From Amoeboaphelidium protococcarum X5 (Eukaryota; Fungi; Aphelidiomycota), in contig JALDTO010000213.1 of the NCBI GenBank assembly GCA_023515725.1, positions 566,280-630,279 on the forward strand: a stretch of 64,000 nt of DNA, given 5' to 3'. Within the stretch, counting starts at the first letter, position 1. Every line of letters begins with the position of its first letter. A program made the translations under genes and the position numbers. The notes beneath the pieces were generated by a model, which saw only the letters and a list, made by a program, of their open reading frames with translations, made no database searches and was not told the origin of the DNA. Of the stretch, positions 57,703 to 64,000 are shown in pieces.

Positions 57703-59199
57703 TCAGGATTCAGCCTCGTCTTGTATTCGCTGAAACTAGTCTACCATTTTCACTTGACCAAGTATACTAACACCTTCCGAAAAGGAAGGCATCTAATACT
57801 AAGAGACGATATCCATAAGACGTTCTCTAAAATTTGGAGGGGGCTGATAAACGAAGTCATAAACAACAGAGATGCGTTTAGCTTTAATCAGAGGTAGAAC
57901 TGGAGCAATGTAGTCTGCAAATTCCTGAATCGATTACTCACTTTAGAGAATGTTGATTTGAATATCTTCCATCACTTCCTTACCTTATGGCCATTTTGTA
58001 GCAACCTCCTTCACTACAGAACCAAACATTTAAAGTTCTTCAATCTATGGGCGGAAGATTTGCATCTCAATATTATGAACCGCCGTGTTGTTCAGCTTAT
58101 AAGTGAGCTCTATATCATCAAAGAGTTCGCATTACTCTGCGCATTCAACAACGATACGTTCAACGCCAACTGTAAGAACAAGATCGTTATACATGTGCTC
58201 CATTCCCTCACGGTGTAGCAAGATATCAGTGGCAAACTCAAGGATATAGTGTACGGTTTTAGGGACTTTTTATTCAAACGCCAAAAAGATTTAGTGTATA
58301 TGGTCAGGTACAGTATTTATGTAGCATAACATACGAACAGTTTACCAGTACTTCTCGTATTATGATAAAGTTTCATCGAATACCATTGGAAGACCAAAAT
58401 CTACACCTTCCAATTCTGGCAAATTCAGCAACATCTTCAGAAATATATTCACTTTTACACTAGAATGCAAGTTAGGGAACTGCTCTAGCTCATTCAAAAA
58501 TTTTTGTTCTAAGTATCTGACTTCCATCTAGGAATATTCATCCAAGGAGATAACATTGTGAGTCTAATCACTCTCGATATCAAGAAGGACGTTAATGATA
58601 CTTGATATTTTCACATGAAGCTAGTTGAATTCGATTTCTGTCAAGATTTGCAGTACTTCTTTCAATGATGCAATATCGAGAATAGAAAGCTCTATAACTA
58701 CCAAATTTCGATTCCAGCCATCTCCATACTTGGCAGCAATATCCTAAAGCATTATGAAGAAATCTTTAATACCATCATTCAAATATTCAACCTGTATGAT
58801 ACGACGCGTCAGAATTTACTGTCTCAAATCCGGCATAACAAATTCAGACATTGAACGATATAACTGATACAACATCCGGGACTCCAGGCACCATTAGTTA
58901 GGTAGATGACTAAGGACTCTACTGAATCTACGCGACACTTGCAGCACATTAGCCAGATCTTGAGAGCAATACGGTGATAATCGACGAAAATAGTGATCAG
59001 CCGATTCACCCTTTATAAATTCTGGAGGACTATCAGATTGTGTGTAGAGCTTCTAAGCTACTTCATATAAACTACTGTCAGGCATTTAATCCGCAGGGAA
59101 TGGATCTTCAACAGCACGAAGACGCTTTCTATACCTAGCTGACGCAACCAGTATCGCCATGATGTGAACCATGCACAATAAGGAGATGATGACACGCAT
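57703..59199 (-). CDS. Putative secreted F-box-like protein, family member C (498 aa)
   Basis: Translated end to end with no TGA before 57703-57705. MRVIISLLCMVHIMAILVASA signal-like; MPDSSLYEVAQKL...ESADHYFRRLSPYCSQDLANVLQVSRRFSRVL...QWC; C-terminal MEDIQIN...VLPLIKAKRISVV. Confidence 0.7.
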
Positions 59200-59485
59200 G
59201 ATATCAATTCTATAGATTATACTGTATGTATTGCCAGAATACTAACTATTTAGAATGGAAAAGTAATGAATAATTAAATTATAAAAAAGCTGACTTTGAA
59301 AATAACTCCGACCTGTGATCCAAACACGTTAAATGTTGGTGACCCCTTAGAGTGTGAATAGATATTTATCGATCATTATATCTCAACAACTTTCTAAAGG
59401 CTCTTATCTCTTGCAGTCAATAATTACATTCTAAATAGTAGATCTGCTTAATATAAATAAAAGAGATTAATTTTACTTTTATTCA

Positions 59486-59707
59486 ATGGCAGAGTCTGTA
59501 TTAGGAAGAGTGATTAGGGATTATTCAAAGTAGTCGTCACCTTTTATGGCAATCAATAATATGCTGAATGCTTCTGAAGGGGACTACGTACTTGTTCATA
59601 GGACGCGTCATCCCCATTATGTTTGGTGCCAGTTGCTGAAATTTGATGGACCTCAATTCAAAGTCATTGGTGACGGTTACATTGCCTCCAAATTTGTATA
59701 ATATTGA
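59486..59707 (+). CDS. Stand-alone SH3-like microprotein (73 aa)
   Basis: MAESVLGRVIRDYSKQ...LNASEGDYVLV...VWCQL...GDGYIASKFVQY* follows the SH3 pattern (DY, L..xGD, W, G.(P)..FV). Confidence 0.55.
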
Positions 59708-59831
59708 TTTAATGTTTATTAGATGGTACTGTATTGTAATTGAGGCGCATGTCTTTTCTTCTGTTTTTATCGTTTGTCCTTTTTAATCACTAGAATTCAC
59801 ATTTAATCTCATTTTACAAAGGGACATAAAG

Positions 59832-60638
59832 ATGCCGACATTTAGGTGTATATGCTAGATATCTGGTGATAATTAAGCGCATGATATACAAGAATCTGAC
59901 TATGTACAGTGTGATCAGTGCAAATACTTTCTACATACTCAGTGCGTCGGGTTAGAAGATGACATCTCTGATTACATTTGCTTATTCTGCCTTGATGATA
60001 GCTAGAATGTCAGGAGAAAGAGGTGGCAGGTATCTAGGGATATTGGCAGTGATGGTGTTAAATAGACTATGAGTAGTGTTGACGCGTAAAGTGGTGTAAA
60101 GAAGCGCCGAGGTAGAAAGAAGAAGTCTGATATCATCGCCGCCGCCGCCGCCATTAGTTAATCATCCAACGTGTCTCTGGCTGCCTCTGAGATTCCCTCC
60201 AGCGATCTGTAATTGGAAGTGGATACTATTGATAAAGGTAGTACTGAACGGAGTTCAGAATGCCAAATTGCTGTAGATGAGTAGCATATCACGTATCAAG
60301 ATGATGTTACTCAGTAGCAGGAAGACCTGGGTGCAAAGAAATCGCAGAAATCAGAATGGAGGTATATAAAACGTTAATTTAATCATGTTAGTTAAATGAT
60401 TGAGAATCTCAGTTGGCTCAATGATAAGCTTAATGATTGTGATGATACATTTAGTGAAGAAGGCGATCCCTCTACAGATCACTTGACTAATTGCGATGAT
60501 ATTATGCATTCAATGATGGCGCAGATGAATGAATACTAAATCTAAAGTGGCATTCATGGGGCATAGGATGCTTATTAGTGTCTTCGATAGAACTTTCTAG
60601 TCCTCAAACGACTATATCGTGATCAACTATGCTCATGA
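59832..60638 (+). CDS. PHD-finger protein with basic AT-hook-like motif
   Basis: RCIC...VQCDQCKYFLHTQCVG...YICLFC (C4HC3) and KKRRGRKKK; TGA 60636-60638. Confidence 0.8.
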
Positions 60639-60925
60639 ATGGTAGGTATCTCTTCTGTGGTTGCATTGTACATATATCTCTATTGGCGCATGACACTGCT
60701 AACCATAAGTTATAATTTAACTATTTTTAGACATATTGACTTTTAATTTCTATGTTGTCCAAATGTTATAATAAGTGAATGAAGAACAGCCTATATTTCC
60801 CTCTCAATATTAACCATTCATGTTACAACCAAGAATTGATAAACTATGCTGTTATTTGACAAGTCATATACAAATCCTCTTAAAAAATCGATTTCTAATA
60901 TACAAGTATAATACAATTCATAAAT

Positions 60926-62128
60926 TCACATAACACATCGCGATGAAGACTGCTTGCGCATCTCTCGAGTCTTGGTAACTTCTGATAAGGCTGACACCTC
61001 ATCACAATCATCATCATATGACAGGAATAGATCCCCACCATCACAAGACTAATCATCAAAATCAGTGAACGGAGAACGATCCTTGTTAATTAGCATCTGG
61101 GAGGAAGTACTTGCTGGCTCAGAGTACATTACCCACTGGGCAAATATCACAAAATCAAACACCAACGTTCCTAATGATCCCATGAGATACGGTAAAGACT
61201 TGCCAATGATATATTTTGAACCGTAACCATCTGATGATGATCCAGTGTCAACACTGTAAGCCTTGAGGAATATAGACAGCGAATAAGTGAGATTACCCAT
61301 TACGGCAAAAGCAAATAACCAAATCGATAATCCTTCCATACCATTTCCAACTCCATGCATCTTCTTCTGCACGTATTACTGGTAGTTTTTTATGATTTGA
61401 GGCATTCGAGAGCAAAGATAAGATACTAGGGAGATCCATGCAAACACTGTACCAACAATCTCACGCGTTTTATCTCCACTACCACCATTACCACCGCCAT
61501 GTCCAGCATCAGGCGGAAACTAACTCTACGGCGGATCCTCAATAGCGGGAGGATTCTTGACTCCAAATACGGAGAGAAATTAACTTTAAGAGTGAGCGCT
61601 AGTCACAGCTATCAACATGCAGATAAATGTCATATACCTTAGAGCTTTATTGCCAACGCCAAGACTTTACACTCGATAGTGATGATGCTGTGGATGACGT
61701 TTTAATCCACTCTACTAATCACTCAAAAGTCCAGTATACTCATTAGGATGGTCCACATCTTTATGAGGAGTGTTAAACAATCGCTGGAATGACGGATGAC
61801 TTCGCCGCTGCCTGTAAGTGACATAGTACAAGTACTGGGATAACAATATGAGATCGAGAAAGACAAAGTAGCAGGCCAAATACAACTAAAATGGCATCTG
61901 ATCAGTGAATAGACAGCCAAGCAGATTAGATAGATCGCCACAAAACCAAATAAACAAAAATAACAAGCTCAGCGAATCTGCACTACTTTATCGATAATTC
62001 TTAATCACTTGAGGTAGTTGGGCGCACATCCAGAGCACAATAGACGAGTAGCCCACCATGAGAGAGGCAGCTTCAAGATTATTGTGGATACAAGTAGCCG
62101 CGATTGGCTTTATCCATTATATGCACAT
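60926..62128 (-). CDS. PQ-loop repeat vacuolar/lysosomal cationic amino-acid transporter (Ypq/PQLC2-like)
   Basis: LWMCAQLPQVIKNYR..SADSLS and LCSRMPQIIKNY...EGLS...GNLTY...PYLMGSLGTLVFD: two PQ loops. Confidence 0.9.
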
Positions 62129-62396
62129 TAAATGAGTATATATTATATATGAGCTTATCCGGTATTTTGCTCTATCCAGAGAGTTCAAGATATTATTTTA
62201 CAAATGGTTGATGCAAAAGCTGGTTGGCTGGATGAACAAATTGCGAATTTTACTGCAGACTTTACGCCGTGAGAAGAAACTGGAGTGAAAGCGATTGGTC
62301 GCTCAGCTGATTAACAAACTGATCTTGTCAAGTAACTTGCTATTAAAGTGAACTAAATAGATACTGAATTATTGAATTGGATCAAAATTAAATTAT

Positions 62397-63473
62397 TCAA
62401 TGACTCAAATTAACAATTTGGATGTCTGAAGCAGAGCATTGAAATGTCTGCGAGAGAGTTCCAACAACCGCCTTCAAGACGCCACCATCAATCTCTGAGG
62501 TTAAATCGCGCCCCATTACAGTCAGACTAAGTGCAGATCCAGCCATTTTCTAAATCAAATCTAAGTCTTAAATATTGTGCAGCTGATACCTCCCAAAAGC
62601 CCAATTAAGAATGTATAAACTCACATGACCACCTTCATCAGCGAGCCAAATGTAACCTTTGATGCGATAGTATTTATCTTTAGACAAGGAGTTACCCGAC
62701 AAAACTGATTCCAGCTCCAACTTCTTGATAAGACTAGACTGAGAATCCGCAACTTTATTCCGCGATATCTTTAAAGTGGTGATTTCAGTATTGTGGTCAT
62801 GCACGTTAGCTTAACCAACATCATCAGTCAAATCAAGTTTTGATTAAATACCAAAGAGCAAATCCACATCTACACCATCCGAATGCATGTACCTGTGGAT
62901 GTTAGCATCTGGATTAAGTTCATAGATGCGATCCAATGTAAGATCCAACTATCTTTCATCACAGAGCTCAATCTTGTTCAACATTATCAGATCAGTGTAT
63001 TTGGCCTGCAGTTTAGCGGTGTATGATGTATCTTCGTATCCGGTAAAGTTTAGCGCGTCCACCACATTGATCACAGCATCAACTTGGACACCCAGACTCA
63101 TTTACTTTATCTACCACACCAACGGAGCAGGTTGCGCACTCCCACTACTCTCAATGATGATACGATCTGGCTGATAATTAATTACAATATCTTCAATTGC
63201 ATTCTACAACTGACCAACCAGTACACAGCAGAGACATCCGTTAACAATTTCTTTGACCGATGATATGTTTCTACTAACAGTCTGAGCGGGTTGATCAGAG
63301 TCGGCAGATCTTTGCGTCAAAATATCCACCAGCTTTGAATCGACCGCGTCATCTCCAAACTCATTCTTCAAGACTACAACTTTGACATCCTTTGGCAATC
63401 GCTGCAAAGCATTTATAATGACTGTCGTCTTTCCTGAGCCAACAAATCCAGTAAATATAGTTATCGGAATCAT
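62397..63473 (-). CDS. COG0523/CobW-family G3E GTPase metallochaperone (Zng1-like)
   Basis: MIPITIFTGFVGSGKTT, KNEFG, GCLCC, IIESSGSAQP, LNKIE and C-terminal YRIKGYIW. Confidence 0.92.
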
Positions 63474-63684
63474 CGCCTTGCACTGTACCAAACTTGACTG
63501 TAAATCGAATCGTCTCAATCGGATCTGTAAAAAGTAGATTAAATCCTGAGCGGTTTGTCCAATCACGCGTTAAGATATACAAGATGGATTGGTCAGTGGG
63601 CGATTTGTGAGTGAATGAATTGACTCTTATCACTTGCTTGTTTATTATTACTTTCACGTTTATGAAACAGAATCTGCTCATAAA

Positions 63685-64000
63685 ATGACAGACGATAGTA
63701 AAATTGAAGATGTGCATCCATCATTCATTGGTGTCATACTTGCAGTTTGTGGCAGCTCATTGATCGGCCTCTCTTACACGGCCAGCAAGAGCGCTCACAA
63801 CAGGGCGATTGAAGAAATTACAACGACGGCGACGACGACAGATGAAACAATATTAAACAACAATGATGGTCGCGGTGTGCCAGGTTATGGAGATATTGAG
63901 CAAGTAGTTGCTGATGGACTGTCGTAGTAGTAGTAATAGGTGGATGAAAACACGCCTTTACTTAATCAGTAAATAATTGATGCAGATGAACAGTAAAAAT
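63685..64000 (+). CDS. NIPA-like/DMT membrane transporter, N-terminus (3' truncated)
   Basis: FIGVILAVCGSSLIGLSYTASK resembles the first TM helix of NIPA Mg2+ transporters; runs off the window through a TAG/TAA poly-Gln run. Confidence 0.6.

Noticed and set aside
59100-59140. Oomycete-type RxLR motif after the signal peptide of family member C
   Set aside because: The sequence is RYRKRLR, which does not fit RxLR-dEER and is absent from members A and B; more likely an NLS-like basic patch.

Overview
Gene-dense, intron-poor eukaryotic nuclear DNA that uses a variant genetic code: TAA/TAG encode Gln and TGA is the only stop. The supplied standard-code ORF track is therefore fragmented; its pieces join in frame into full-length genes. 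Invariant Gln residues are written as TAG in RPC1 GTQMTL, XPB QEAQRLGR, chitin synthase QRRRW and RPA135 HGQKG. The gene content is fungus-like (homocitrate synthase, Chs7, division-2 chitin synthase, Bni4/Phactr-like protein, Cch1-like channel). Together with TAR=Gln this points to an aphelid such as Amoeboaphelidium protococcarum (inference). About 37 protein-coding genes were reconstructed by hand. Most notable: (1) a three-member family of ~500-aa proteins with a signal peptide and an interrupted F-box-like motif, two of them flanking a secreted triple-hevein (CBM18) gene, a candidate effector system; (2) the C-terminal end of an intein in the Pol III largest subunit that ends in Phe-Asp instead of His-Asn; (3) an ankyrin-repeat/chitin synthase fusion; (4) a four-domain cation channel with a Q/D/E/E filter; (5) a compositionally odd, repeat-rich 4.7-7.2 kb segment. 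No rRNA, tRNA or CRISPR features were seen. All calls are by-eye translations without database searches.
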